Source: Eledone cirrhosa (taxonomy: Eukaryota). From it: DNA of 64,000 nt. This document shows positions 23,439-39,635 of the stretch, in pieces (the stretch's first letter is position 1; every line of letters begins with the position of its first letter). The stretch covers positions 24,924,001-24,988,000 of the forward strand of contig OZ024759.1 in assembly GCA_964016885.1 (NCBI GenBank). Direction: 5' to 3'. Made by a program: the position numbers and the translations under genes. The notes beneath the pieces were generated by a model that worked only from the letters and a program-made list of their open reading frames with translations, had not been told where the DNA came from and ran no database searches.

Positions 23439-23520
<82 letters not shown>

Positions 23521-23673
23521 GAGAGAATAAGAAGTCAGATTTGCAGCTTGTTATGAAACTGTTTTGCATATTACAACTTTTTCGATAGCGATCAGCTCAG
23601 GTTTGAGCAGGCGATCAGATCCCGACTCAAAATCAACATATCTTCAGATATACGAGTTTACATGGGTGGTCCT

Positions 23674-26090
<2,417 letters not shown>

Positions 26091-26854
26091 TATATAATTA
26101 TCTATCTATCTACCTCACTCTAAGACAAAGGGCAAGAACACAAGATGTTACCTTATTCCAACCAAACCCCCCACCACCAATCACACCCAGCTGAACCTAT
26201 TCAACTCTTCTACTTAATTATTTGAAAGTTCAAATCTTGAATGGATCAACTTTTCCTTTCATCCATTCTTCCTGTGAATGATAAATTCCATTCGCATCTT
26301 GGGATTAAGTCCATCTCTTACTACCACCCTGATTACGTGTGGAGAAGTACCATAACCACGAAGACACGTACCTTCACTACCATTAGTAATTAGTTAATCT
26401 GTTTCTATAGTGACAATCATCTGATGAAAGAGTGACAAGAGTGATGTACGTTTTAAAGAAAAGATCAAGTGACTGAGAAAACATCCCAGCAAAGAAACTA
26501 AACAGAAACTAAATCATAACTAATCTCAACAACTAATCTCTTATCTTAAGATCCTGTCACCTTTGTTCTAATAAAATACATTCTTACCACTTTAATGTAG
26601 ACTTTGTGGATACAGCATGGCCAAACAGTTTAAGAAGTTTGCTTCACAATTGTTAGGTATTGGGTTCAATTCCAGTGTTTGGCATTTTTGGCATGTGTCT
26701 TTAACCATAGCTTTCGGTTAACCCATGACTTAAGTCTTAAGTTCAAACTCACTGTTTGACATTTTTAGCAAAAGGATCTTTCACCATAGCCTTGGTTTCA
26801 TCATTCATGTTGCTATATATATCTATATACATACATATACATATATATATATAT

Positions 26855-27035
26855 ATCATCATTACCGTTTTATGTCCATTCTTCCATGCTAGCGTGGGTT
26901 AGATGAGTTGTCCTGTTGTGGGCAATGTCAGGTCGGGTGACCTTGTCTTGCTCATACAGGAACTTATTTTAGCTTGATTTCTACAGCTGGATGTCCTGCC
27001 TAACATACCCTCATTTACAGGGAGTGCTGGGTGCT
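26855..27035 (-). mobile_element. RTE family B 3' UTR, diverged
   Basis: Matches reverse complement of 39400-39585. Confidence 0.8.
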
Positions 27036-27110
27036 TTTTTTATATATGATATATTTATATAAATATATATATACATATATATATTTACACCTCATTGATA
27101 CACCCAAATT

Positions 27111-27191
<81 letters not shown>

Positions 27192-27429
27192 AAAACATTA
27201 TAACCTTAGATCAGTTTGACAATCACCACCAACAAATGCGAGAAAATTAACCCGGATTTTTTTAAAAACTTTCCTCCAAGGTTAACAAAAGACTTAGAGC
27301 TACGTAGCAAAATTAAATTATTATAGAATACAAACTACAAGTGAAGTCATTCTTTTCTTTTTTTCAAATATACCTTACTGCACCAAGAACCACACACATT
27401 TCCTAATATACATATATATATATATATAC

Positions 27430-27905
27430 GGTCTTGGCCAAGCTGGTATGGAATTTTTTTCTCTCTCTCTCTTTCGTCTGCGACTTCACAAAACTTATGT
27501 TTACCGAATTCGTAGACCAGACCCCTTTATCTTCTTCTTCTTCCTCTTCTTCTTCTCCCCCCCCCCCCCCCCGTCAGACCTGTGCGAAATTCTTTCCTTG
27601 CTCACATTTCAACCAGGTTTGATGGTCTTTTGTCTCTTGTTCACGATTTCACCGAGTTTATATTCATAGAGATCTGGGACTTGTCTATTTCTTCTCACTT
27701 TCCGTTGCTTAAACCTTTTTGTTTGTTACCCTGGCGTCCCCTTTGTTTACGTGTCCCAACGACTTTTTTTAGCCGTTGTTCGCACCAACCTGAAGCATAT
27801 GGCCCGTAAAGCGATGAAATGCCCGGGACGGTTGGAGGGTCACTGATGAAGGACTTACTTTTTCATATGCACCACCATTTGCAACGCGCAGCCATCATTA
27901 TTATC
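27430..27905 (+). repeat. Second copy of the unclassified element at 22610-23028
   Basis: Colinear similarity; flanked by (TA)n on both sides. Confidence 0.85.
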
Positions 27906-27916
27906 ATATATACATA

Positions 27917-27966
<50 letters not shown>

Positions 27967-28028
27967 ATACCTATTTACTACCATATTCTCATCTTGTTAG
28001 ATGCTCTGATGTGTAAGTCACACCTTAA

Positions 28029-28250
28029 CCCTTTAGCATTCACATTACTCTATATATACTATTGTATTTTCACAGAAAAGGCTTTACCTCACATAATTAT
28101 CTCAGATAATATCAAATCTATGAGATTTTAATATTATTTATTTTGAGAACACTACCTTAAAGTCAGTTTGAGGGAGGCAGTTATGGCTGCTTTGAACAGA
28201 AAGAGGGGAGAGAATTCTGGCCGGATATGGCCAGTTTAAATGCTAAAGGG
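28029..28250. mobile_element. piggyBac-type MITE, complete (222 bp)
   Basis: TTAA-CCCTTTAGCATT...AATGCTAAAGGG-TTAA. Confidence 0.88.
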
Positions 28251-28524
28251 TTAATATAGGAGAAAATAATAAAAAAATAAATTATGAGTGACTAATACAA
28301 AGTACTATTTAGGTTACACTGAAATCTAACCTTATTTCGCCTAGAAATACCCAATAATCGTAACAATTTAATATGATAAAACAGGAAAGAACTCTAAATT
28401 TATATCAAATATATGTAATTCTAGAGGTGTAGGTGTGTGAGAGAGAGAGAGATACAGATTAAACAGATAAACAGATGGATAGACAGTTAGAAAGCTAGGC
28501 AGTAAGTTTAAGAATGTATTCTAT

Positions 28525-28806
28525 ACATCATCATCATCACCGTTTTACGTCCGTTCTTCCACGCTAGCATGGGTTAGACGGGTTGTCCTGTTGTGGGCAG
28601 TGTCTGGTCGGCTGACCATGCCTTGCTCATACAGGAACTGATTTGGCTTGATTTCTACAGCTGGATGCCCTTCCTAACACCAACCTCATTTACAGTGAGT
28701 GCTGGGTGCTTTTTCGTGGCGCCTACACGTCCACTTTACAGTGTGGGCTAGGTGCTTTTTTGCCGTGGTACCTCCACGACCACCTTGCAGTGGGCGGTGT
28801 GGGGGC
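28525..28806 (-). mobile_element. RTE family B 3' UTR
   Basis: Near-identical to reverse complement of 39300-39585; followed by a SINE2 tail on plus at 28875-28990. Confidence 0.9.
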
Positions 28807-29147
28807 ATATATTTACACATACATACATATATACGTACACATATACACATACATATATACGTACACATATATAGGAGGTTGGTGTTAGGAAGGGCATCCA
28901 GCTGTAGAAATCAAGCCAGAATCAGTTCCCGTCCCACCCTTGCAAGCAGGGAAAAAGCGGACGTAAAATGAAATGATGATGATGAATGATGATATACACA
29001 TACATACACATATACACATACATATATACATACATACATACACATATACACATACATAGATACATACATACATATATATACATATATAGATACATACATA
29101 TATAGATACATACATACATATATATACATATATAGATACATACATAC

Positions 29148-29181
<34 letters not shown>

Positions 29182-29770
29182 TAAAATATAACAGATTAAA
29201 GTTTAAGCAAAGAATCGCTGCTTTCATCCTTAACGGGATCTTCTGAAACTAAAAAAATCAATCTGTGAACGCAGAAGTAAATATTTCGAAAAACGTTTCA
29301 ACCGAAGGAAAACAGGAAGACGATACTTTGGTTCGTGAAGACGTTCTCTGGCAATGAACGGAAAAAAGTGAAGATAATACGTCGTTATGTGGAGCGATGA
29401 AAACAAATACACACAAAGACAAAACTACGTTTATGGTATAAATGGAGTCATAGACTAATATTCTAATTAGGAAACCGAATGATTCTCGGCTTCGGAGTCA
29501 AGAATAATGTAAATAAATTAGTAGAACGAAAAATAAGAAAGGTTATTAAAATCATAAAAGTAATAATAATTAAAAATATACATACACACATCTATATACG
29601 TACATACACATGTATACGCGAAAACACCCGCCATGCATGCATATACATGCACGTACACACATACATAAACCGGCATGACACATCTACCCGCACATATATG
29701 AATGTATACACCAAATACACATAAAAAATATGTGTGTGTATATACATATAATTATATAAACGTATACATA

Positions 29771-29868
29771 CAAGGTGCCCCAAAAATGTATACACAATTT
29801 GATTACCTGTACAGGCAATATTTATTAGAATGCTGTTGAAGTATGTATACCTTCTTTGGGACACCCTG
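29771..29868. mobile_element. Tc1/mariner-type MITE (~98 bp)
   Basis: TA-CAAGGTGCCCCAAAAATGTATAC...GTATAC..TTTGGGACACCCTG-TA; relative at 46333-46412. Confidence 0.75.
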
Positions 29869-29967
29869 TATATATATATATATACACACACACATATATA
29901 TATACATACACATATACACACACACATATATATATATATACTCACACACATACATATACATATATCA

Positions 29968-30140
29968 AGTAGGGGGTCGGACGCCATGCTTTACAGCATA
30001 GAGTTATGCCCCTTTACGGTCTGAGTTCAAATCCCGCCGAGGTTGACTTTGCCTTTCATCCTTACGGGGTTGATAAAATAAAGCACCAGTAATACACTGG
30101 GGTAATTGCTGGCCTTGTGCCAAAAGTAGAAACAATTATT
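29968..30140 (+). mobile_element. SINE family 1
   Basis: GAGTTCAAATCCCGCCGAGGTTGACTTTGCCTTTCATCC...GTAGAAACAATT. Confidence 0.9.
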
Positions 30141-30747
30141 ACTATATATAATATAGTGTAAATGAAGAAATTAGTTTTATCATCAAAAGTGAACCTGAGA
30201 ATTTTTCTAGTTAAAAGGTGTGGTAAAGTTATGAAGTTCACACTTTGCTTGTGACGTAAATGGTGTGATCTAGGCACACATGTGGATAGTAGTGGTGGTG
30301 GTGGTGGTTGTGTGGTGGTGGTGTGAGAGAGATAAATGAGGGCTTGATGTGGGAGTAATAAGTGAGGGCGTGATGTGGGAGTAATAAGTGAGGGCGTGAT
30401 GTGGGGGTGATAAGTAAGGGCGTGGGGTGGTGGGGGTGGGAGTGTGGTGGCTATCAGAACAAGGTGAGGTCGTGTTTATTGACTTACAGTAGTCAGTCCT
30501 ACTCTTACTATAACACCTATTCAAAGAAAGAATATTCTTTCCTCTTCATTTCCTTAAATGTCAGCTGGGAAGTAAAGAAAGAAGGATGGAAGAAATGAAG
30601 GAACTCTGATATAATTAAGGAATCTTCCACCCACCCCCGCCCCACTCCTCTAATATATCTCTAGGAAAAATAATAATGCCAGCACAATTAGCAATACTAT
30701 CAGGAAGAGACACTTATCTGTCTGGTAGACAGGAGAGAAATATACAA

Positions 30748-31425
30748 ATAATTGTTTCTACTTTTGGCACAAGGCCAGCAATTACCCAGTGTAATACTGG
30801 TACTTTATTTTATCGACCCCGTAAGGATAAAAGGCAAAGTTAACCTCGGCGGGATTTGAACTCAGAATGGCAAGGGCCGTAACTCTATGCGTCAAAGAAT
30901 GGTATCCGACCCTCTACCGATACTGCCAATCCACAATGGTTTCTACTTTTGGCACGAGGCTAACAATTATCCCAGTATATTACTGGCACTTTATTTTATT
31001 GACCCCATAAGGATGAAAGGCAAAGTTTACCTTGGCGGGATTTGAACTCAGGACGTAAAGGGCCATAACTCTATGCTGCAAAGGATGTCGTCTCACACTC
31101 TACAGATACTGCCAATCCACCACCCTATTACAAATAATGTTTTCTACTTTCAGTACAAGGTCATAACTCTGTGCTGCAAAGCATGGCATCCAACGCTCTA
31201 CAGATACTGCCAATCCACCACCTTTATACAAATAATTGTTTCTACTTTAGGCACAAGGCCAGCAATTACCCAGTGCATTACTGGTACTTTATTTTATCGA
31301 CCCCGTAAGGATGAAAGGCAAAGTCAACCTCGGCGGCATTTGAACTCAGATCGTAAAGGGACGTAACTATGCTGGAAAGCATGGCGTCCGACCCTCCACC
31401 GATACTGCCAATCCACCACCCTTAT
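30748..31425 (-). mobile_element. Head-to-tail array of SINE family 1 (3 full plus 1 deleted unit)
   Basis: Each unit runs from AATTGTTTCTACTTT to GATACTGCCAATCCAC on plus. Confidence 0.92.
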
Positions 31426-31892
31426 ACAATACGTCCATAATAGAGAATATAATTGTTTAGCAGCCTTCATTAGTTGTTCGCCGTCAGTTGTTAGTTAGCC
31501 GTAAGACAACAAACTCCGAAATTACTGAAACTAGATTAAGTTTTATCAGTCAAACAAACATTGCATATTGATAAGGAGACCGATATTGTGTTGAATTTAA
31601 CTATATTAGAAAGATTAATAATTGGGAAATGAAATATTAACTGACAAAAGTGACAGTATTCACGTGTGAATACTGTCACCATCACACTCACCCCAGGCCA
31701 ATCTTTTGCTAGCAGCGAAGACAGATGTTAAATGATGAGAGTGATGATATTGATAAATGATGATGATGATAATGATGATGATGTTAAATGATGAAGAAGA
31801 TGATGATAGTGATGATGATGATAATGACATTAATAATGATGACGTTGATATGTCCTGCAGTTAATAAAATCTGAAATATTTACCCTATGTTG

Positions 31893-32090
31893 GTGTTGGT
31901 TGGCAGAAAAGTTCATAGGCTGACTATGAAGAAGCGATGCTAGAACTGTGAAATCTTGCATGCATTAATTTCAACTCTTTTTATTAATAACTATTATTTC
32001 TTTCCAGGGACTATGTTGAAAAATAAACCTCAATTTGTCATTCCATGAGAGTATCTTGGTCAGCCTATGAACTTTTCAGCCGACCCTCAA
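31893..32090. mobile_element. Mariner-derived MITE
   Basis: TIRs GGTTGGCAGAAAAGTTCATAGGCTGAC / GTCAGCCTATGAACTTTTCAGCCGACC. Confidence 0.8.
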
Positions 32091-32094
32091 TCGA

Positions 32095-33060
32095 GACCAG
32101 CCAAGCTCATGGATGTTATCCAACCATCTTGCTCAGGGTCTACTTCTGAGTCTCTTGTCAGTTGGTTTTGCTTATAAAATATAACTCGCGATTCTTTACT
32201 GAGACGTTCTAACCACATGCCCATAGTATCGGAGCTGTGATCTCTCAATTTGGAGACGTAGTGGCTCTACCTGGAGTGACTCTCTGATCTCTGAGCCATC
32301 CACTCTATTGATTAACGTTACTCTAAAGACACTTCAGAGGAAACGGCCGCTTGTCATATTCTTTTGGTCATTACCCAAGATTCATGACCAAAGCTTGATT
32401 CGATTACCTTATGCTGAAGCTGGGGCATTATTGCATCAGCTCCCGCAATTCTTGCACTTAATTCAGCCTCCTGCCTTCCATCACTCATGAACATGGGCCC
32501 CCAAGATACTTGAACTTCTCCACCTACTTCAGTGAAACTACATTCACATGTAGAGTGCACTGAGCAGGCTTCATTGAAAGGACGAGTGTTTCAGTTTCCG
32601 CAGGACTGATTTTCATTCCTGCCATGCAGCACTCGGCATCAACCCTATTGAATGCAAGTCGATCACCTTCTGTCATGTTAAGTAACACCATATCTTCTGC
32701 AAATTCCAGTTGACTGGTTTTACACTTTCCAGTCATGATACCACTTCCAAACCAGCTACACATGTCAATCCTGTTGGTGTAAATAATGAACAGGAGAGGT
32801 ACACACCCTTGATGGAGTCCGACTCGCACATTGAATGGTTTCGATTTAGCACCATTTATCTGAACACAAATACTCGGGCATTCATATAGAGACACCAGGG
32901 CAACTCCTGCACAGCCTTCCACAGCAGGTCCTGAGGAATGCAGTCATATGCCTTCTCAAGGCCGACAAAACAACAATATACTTCTTGGCAATCAATACTT
33001 CCATGATTTCTCGAATACCTGCCACAGTGTGAACATTTGGTCAGCTGTGCTGCAGCACTC
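32095..33060 (-). mobile_element. Old, frameshifted RTE-type LINE RT fragment (no Cys finger)
   Basis: CFVGLEKAYDCIP, FNVRVGLHQGCV-PLLF, FAEDMVLL, GHESWVMTK. Confidence 0.85.
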
Positions 33061-33376
33061 TTACAAAACAAATTCAAGTAAAAAATGTTCTCAATATCAT
33101 TACAACTGTCTTACACCCTCTGGACATAACCATACTATTACACAGTAACCCCTTAACCCTTGGTCCTTGTTTTATGACACCAGTTTCTAAATGGTACAGT
33201 CTCCAGTAGAGAAAATTTACTGAATGTTCTGTTCAAAAGCACAAAATGGCTACCAGATACAAACTCATTAGTTTGTCTACATGGTTCAAACAGTTTACCT
33301 TTTCTCTCCCTCCTTTCCTTCTTTCTTTTTGTTTTATTATGTTTTATGTTATATGTTGATGATATTTTATGTTATA

Positions 33377-34333
33377 CTAGCAGTAAAGCCCGGCGTTGCT
33401 CGGGGTCGCTCAGTAGCTGTGTTAAAGTTACAATGTTAAGTTTCTTTTTTGGCTTAAAAACTGTAGTGTCTACTGTGCAGACTTGCATGTGGTGTTTTTG
33501 ATTAATATTCCCTCAACCAACAATATGCCTTATGAAGTTAAGAAAACATAACGATAACCCGAATGTTATAACAAAAGAGGATGCTGGGGATAGAAACTGC
33601 ACTGGTTATTTATTAACAAAGATCGAAAATGTAAACACTGCAACGCAGAGAAAAACATTAGCGTAACCAAATTATCAGTTATGTCTGTCTGCACGCCTAT
33701 ATCACCTCTCTGCACGACTGTCTGTCTGCACGCCTATATCACCTCTCTGCACGACTGTCTGTCTGCACGCCTATATCACCTCTCTGCACGACTGTCTGTC
33801 TGCACGCCTATATCACCTCTCTGCACGACTGTCTGTCTGCACGCGTATATCACCTCTCTGCACGACTGTCTGTCTGCACGACTGTCTGTCTGCACGCCTA
33901 ACGACGAAATATTTGCTTGTTTTACGTAGTCTTTAAATAGACTTGTTTTCAAGTAAAAATATTGTTTTAAAATGCTTTTAAATGGAAATGAAGCAAAACG
34001 GAAGCTTAGTGTTCGAACTGATGAATTTTGCAGGTCAATATTTTGCTATGTCATTTTAAACGCTGAGAAAGCCAGCGTAATTTTTTACGTAAGACGCTCA
34101 ATGTAAACAGAACAAAGGGAAATAACTGATAACTTACGCTCAAAAATCGATACATTATATTCGATTTCGTCACATAGGGTGGGTCAATTTGAATTTTTTT
34201 TTTTTCCGATGTCTTCGCTAGGGCTCAATGTACAAGTATAGCAATTTCGGTGCAATTCCGTGAGAGATTCTAAGAGGAGATGTGTGCCAAAAATCGATAG
34301 ACAGACAGACATCCACAGTTTTATATATATAGA
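33377..34333 (-). mobile_element. Non-autonomous Helitron with internal 37-bp tandem repeat
   Basis: On minus: A|TCTATATATATAAAA...CCCGAGCAACGCCGGG hairpin...GCTAG|T; about 5 copies of TGTCTGTCTGCACGCCTATATCACCTCTCTGCACGAC at 33682-33900. Confidence 0.85.
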
Positions 34334-34724
34334 TTATCTCTGAATTTTTAGCTAGTTGCCAAAGCTAGCCTAATTTTCTTTGCTATAGGTACAGTAATGA
34401 CAGCTTTTAAATGAGGCCACGCTGTCTTTAAACTAAAACTAATAAGCGACACACACACACACACTTGGCTTTAAATATTCCTGTTACTTTTGACCAGGGT
34501 TTAGTAAACTTTTCTGGGGGTGGTGGTGTAGATGGGAGGCAGGCGGGTTTATTGCTGTACCTCTAAACATTCCTGTATTTGGAAATATTTCTTCTGTACC
34601 TTGGAATAATGTTCTGTCTTGGAAACACCCCTGCGTCTTGGAAACATCCCTGCATCTTGGAAACATCCCTGTGTCTTGGAATGGGCAGCAAGATCACTGG
34701 AAGGTCCTATGTTCATATCCCACT

Positions 34725-34955
34725 GGGCGGTGGATTGGTAGAATCAGTAGAGCGGCGGTTAACAGGCTTTGTTTCATAAAGTTACAGCCCTTTAAATTCT
34801 GAGTTCGAATCCTACCGAGGTTAGCTTTGCCTTTCATCCTTACGGGTTCGATAAAATAAAGTACCAGTCACGCACTGGGGTTTATTTAATCGACTGTCTC
34901 CCCATTCCACCCCTTCAAATTGCTGGCCTTGTGCCAAAAATAGAAACAATTATTA
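34725..34955 (+). mobile_element. SINE family 1, long variant
   Basis: A-box-like TGGTAGAATCAGTAG, GAGTTCGAATCC, central domain, tail. Confidence 0.88.
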
Positions 34956-35469
34956 CTTTATTACTTGAAATGTTTGTGTTTGTGTTTTTGTTTTATTTCA
35001 TTCTAAACTCAACATTAATTACAGGTGATATAACGAAGAACAACCAAAAGAGCAGGTGTTTCTTAAATACCACCACCTTGTTTAATTGCATTAATAAAAA
35101 ATATTTTTGTTAAGCTACAGATAAACCACATTGGTGGCAGGGTCAGGTGGGGGGTAGTGGTGGTGATGTGGGGTAATATTGGTTGTGTGGGGGAGAGTGT
35201 ATAAGACATTGTTAGTTTCTGTTGATTCAGTAATTTAAGAAAAGGAATAAAACTTTTACAGTTAAAAATCTTTCATCTGGGCAAACTTTCAATTTTTGAC
35301 CAAATGAAAACATCTTTTTTATTTCTTTTTTCTTTTATTTCTTTATTCATTGTCTATTTATTTTTTTATTTATCACTATAAAACATGTTAACCACAGATT
35401 GATTAGGGGCACCACCACCAACACAACCAACAAGTATTTTAAGGCTATTTTACCTGATTAAATCGGTGT

Positions 35470-36118
35470 TCAGCCTTACAGACCTACCAAATACAACCTT
35501 GCAGACCCACTAAATATAGCCTTGCAGAACCACCAAATATAGCCTTAGAGACTTACTAATTACAGCTTTACAGACCCACCAAATACAACCTTACACCCCC
35601 AACAAATACAGCCTTACTGGGCCATTAAATTCAGCCTTACAGACCCACCAAATATAGCCTTACAGACCCACCAAATATAGCCTTACAGACCTACAAAATA
35701 CAGCCTTGCAGACCCACTAAATAGAGCCTTACACCCCCACAAAATAGAACCTTACTGGGCCACCAAATATAGCTTTAAAGAGCCACCAAATACAGTCAAA
35801 CAAATCTACTAAATAAAGCCTTACAGGCCCACCAAATACAGTCTTACAGACCCACAAAATATAGCCTTACAGACCCACCAAATACAGCCTTACAGACCCA
35901 CCACATATAGCCTTACTGGGCCACCACATATAGCCTTACTGGGCCACCACATATAGCCTTACTGGGCCACCACATATAGCCTTACTAGGCCACCACATAT
36001 AGCCTTACTGGGCCACCAAATACAGCCTTGCAGACCCACTAGAAACAGCCTTGCAGATCCACCAAATACAGCCTTACAGAGGCACCAAATATAGTCTTAA
36101 AGGCCCACCAAATATAGA
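35470..36118. repeat. 23-bp minisatellite (TACAGCCTTACAGACCCACCAAA)
   Basis: About 28 units with a homogenised 22-bp variant block near 35930-36015. Confidence 0.95.
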
Positions 36119-36304
36119 GTACCAGTAATGTACTGGGATTGATATAATCGACTTCACTCACACCCACCCCTCAAATTTACTGGCTTCATGCCAACATTAA
36201 AAAGAATTAATATGTCTGAATTGAATATTTCAAGTAATGTTGATACCTCTTCTACACAAGGTGTGGGAAATCTTATTAAATATATATACAAATATACATA
36301 CAAA

Positions 36305-36515
36305 CACGCACATCTAATAGACAGCCTGACATACAGACACACACATCTAATAGACAGCCTCACATACATATAATCACACATATCTAATAGACAGCCTCAC
36401 ATACATATAATCACACATATCTAATAGACAGCCTCACATACATATAATCACACATATCTAATAGACAGCCTTACATACATATAAACACACAACATCTAAT
36501 AGCCTTACATACATA
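36305..36515. repeat. 37-bp minisatellite (CACACATATCTAATAGACAGCCTCACATACATATAAT)
   Basis: About 6 units. Confidence 0.92.
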
Positions 36516-36572
36516 CACACACAGACATATATATACACACACACACACAGACATATATACACACACATACAG

Positions 36573-36603
<31 letters not shown>

Positions 36604-37140
36604 TATATACACAACAACATGGTGTAAACTTCTCTTTTAAATCAGATAAAATTCAATTTCAGGTTATGAAAGCCTATACATCATTTTAATAAACAAATAT
36701 ATTGACTATTTTTATTTAAATGTCAAACTTTAAACCCCCCGCTCAACCCCTTACCATCACCATCACCACCACCTCCAAAAAAACATGAAATATTTTGAAA
36801 AAAAAAATAATTAAAAAATAAACACCTTTTTATTTTCCTTTGTGAAAAATACTACCAAAACCTGGTTTCTAAATTTATTATATGAAATAATTTTATTTAA
36901 AATATTTTAATAAAATCTGTGAATAGAAAGGAGATATTAGTAATTTAGATTCTGTATCTCTCGAGTTTTATAAACCTAAAAATATGTAATTTTACTAACA
37001 TTTCCAGACTGCCTTCATAATCTTCATCAACACACACACACACTTGATAAGATAGATCTACATCATCCTCATAGTTATCAACATTATATGGTTAATTCAT
37101 GTTAAACCTTCATACACATTGAAAACATCTCTACAATATT

Positions 37141-37437
37141 TGGTAGAGGGTCGGGCACCATGCTTTGTAGCATAAAGTTACGCCCCTTTACGTTCTGAGT
37201 TCAAATTCCGCTGAGGTTAACTTTGCCTTTCATCCTTACGGGGTCGATAAAATAAAGTACCAGTAATACACTGGGATAATTGCTGGCCTTGTGCCAAAAG
37301 TAGAAACAATTATTTATAATCGGGGTTGATAAAATAAAGTACCAGTCACGCACTGGGGTCGATTAAATCGACCCCCCCACCACCACCCCCCAAAAAAAAT
37401 TGCTGGCCTTGTGCCTATAGTAGAAACAATTATTTAT
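37141..37437 (+). mobile_element. SINE family 1 plus a tandem partial copy
   Basis: Two GTAGAAACAATTATTTATAAT ends. Confidence 0.88.
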
Positions 37438-37779
37438 AATGTAATTCACAAAGGTTAGTTTCCAGGTCGTTCAACTACATAGCCAGTGAGTAAAACTACA
37501 TCCCTATTTTCAAAGTTCAGCTGTTGCAAGAGCAGGAGAGATCATCCTGTCGAGAACCAGTTCAGTTTAAAATGCATCTACAATTGTCGCCCTTGCTTCT
37601 GCTGGACACCGCTAGGTGGTGTTCTGCCAGTGTTTTGGCATAGCTATGGCTTTCTATATGTTTATTTATAAACACACCGTATTTCTTTATAAATACGAAA
37701 TTCAAATACATATTTGTAAACAGTTATGCTCGAAGCTAAATTCTAATTCTATTATATATATATATTTATATATACATAT

Positions 37780-39585
37780 ACCAAAAGATTGGTGCAGTAG
37801 CATCATTGTCAACTGCTACAAAGGTAAAGGCGATGCACTAGATAGAGGAAACTATAGAGGTATAAAGTTGATGGACCAGGTCATGAAAGTAACAGAAAGA
37901 GTTATAGCACAGCTGATTAGGGACCGGGTGAATATAGACGAGATGCAATTTGGGTTTGTTCCAGGGAAAGGTACCACTGATGCGCTCTTCCTTGTGAGGC
38001 AATTACAGGAAAAGTACCTAGCTAAAAGTAAGCCACTCTACTTGGCATTTGTCGACCTTGAGAAAGCCTTTGACAGAGTTCCACGTGCAGTAATCTGGTG
38101 GGCTCTTAGAAAACTAGGAGTAGATGAATGGCTTGTGAAAGCGGTACAAGCCATGTATAGGGGAGCAGTCAGCAAAGTTAGGATTGGCAATGAGTATAGC
38201 GAGGAATTTAGCGTACAGGTTGGGGTCCACCAGGGCTCTGTTCTTAGCCCTCTCCTGTTCATCATAGTCCTGCAGGCAATAACGGAGGAGTTCAAGACCG
38301 GATGCCCATGGGAACTCCTGTATGCTGATGACCTCGCACTCATAGCTGAATCTATGGTAGAACTAGAGAATAAATTCCAAACCTGGAAGCAGGGACTAGA
38401 GAGAAAGGGCCTCAAAGTCAACATGACAAAGACTAAGGTCCTTATAAGTAGACGAGAAAACAGAACCCAGATCCCCTCAGGGAAATGGCCTTGCTCAGTA
38501 TGTAGGAAAGGTGTAGGTAGGAACTCCATTCTTTGCCCCAAATGCAAACAATGGGTACACAAGAGATGTAGCGGGATCTCAGGAAGCTTAATTAAGAATG
38601 TAGGATTCACATGCAGCAGCTGTGCTGAAACAGCAAGCAAACAGCCACAGGAAACAAGTACCACCAATCTCTGGGAGGGCCCTGTAGAAACAGTAGACAG
38701 CTTCTGCTACCTAGGTGACCGAATTAGCAACGGAGGTGGGTGCTCAGAAAGTACAATAACTAGGGTAAGAACGGGATGGAAGAAGTTTAGGGAACTACTA
38801 CCACTGCTAGCTGCAAAAGGCTTCTCCCTCAGAATGAAAGGCAGACTGTATGATGCGTGTATCCGAACAGCGATGTTGCATGGTAGTGAGACCTGGGCGC
38901 TGAAGGTGGAAGACTTACGTAGATTAGAGAGAAACGAAGCCTGCATGCTCCGATGGATGTGTAACAGTAATATACGTGAACGACAAAGCATAAATGAATT
39001 GAGAGAGAGACTGAGCATAAGAGGAATCAAATGCTGCGTGCAGGAGAGGCGGTTACGCTGGTATGGACATGTGATGCGTATGAAGGATGACAGCTGCATA
39101 AAAAGGTGCAGAGCACTAGAAGTTGATGGAAACCGCGGAGTGGGGAGACCCAAGATGACTTGGGATGAGGTGATAAAAGCCGACCTTACCCAACTACACC
39201 TCTCAAAGTCAATGACACACGACCGTGACTTCTGGCGTCACGCAGTAATACAGGGTACCCGACCTCCCATGGGTACATGCTGAAGCATATAAACAATATG
39301 CCCCCCCCCCCACCGCAAGGTGGTCGTGGAGGTGCCACGGCAAAAAAGCACCCAGCCCACACTGTAAAGTGGACGTGTAGGCGCCACGAAAAAGCACCCA
39401 GCACTCACTGTAAATGAGGTTGGTGTTAGGAAGGGCATCCAGCTGTAGAAATCAAGCCAGATCAGTTCCTGTATGAGCAAGGCATGGTCAGCCGACCAGA
39501 CACTGCCCACAACAGGACAACCCGTCTAACCCATGCTAGCGTGGAAGAACGGACGTAAAACGGTGATGATGATGATGATGATGAT
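37780..39585 (+). mobile_element. RTE-clade LINE family B, 5'-truncated with uninterrupted RT frame
   Basis: PKDWCSS...NYRGIKL...LYADD...RLRWYGHVMR open to 39283; (GAT)n tail; starts right after a TA-rich run. Confidence 0.97.
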
Positions 39586-39587
39586 AT

Positions 39588-39631
<44 letters not shown>

Positions 39632-39635
<4 letters not shown>

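Noticed and set aside
26414-26475. CTGATGA...GAAA possible hammerhead
   Set aside because: Stem II does not pair, hexamer AGATCA is imperfect and UH is missing; at best a relic.
37616-37779. N-terminal 55 aa of the 555-aa ORF as a host-LINE fusion gene
   Set aside because: LINE homology starts at PKDW right after a TA-rich run; the upstream frame is a chance AT-rich read-through with a non-ATG start.
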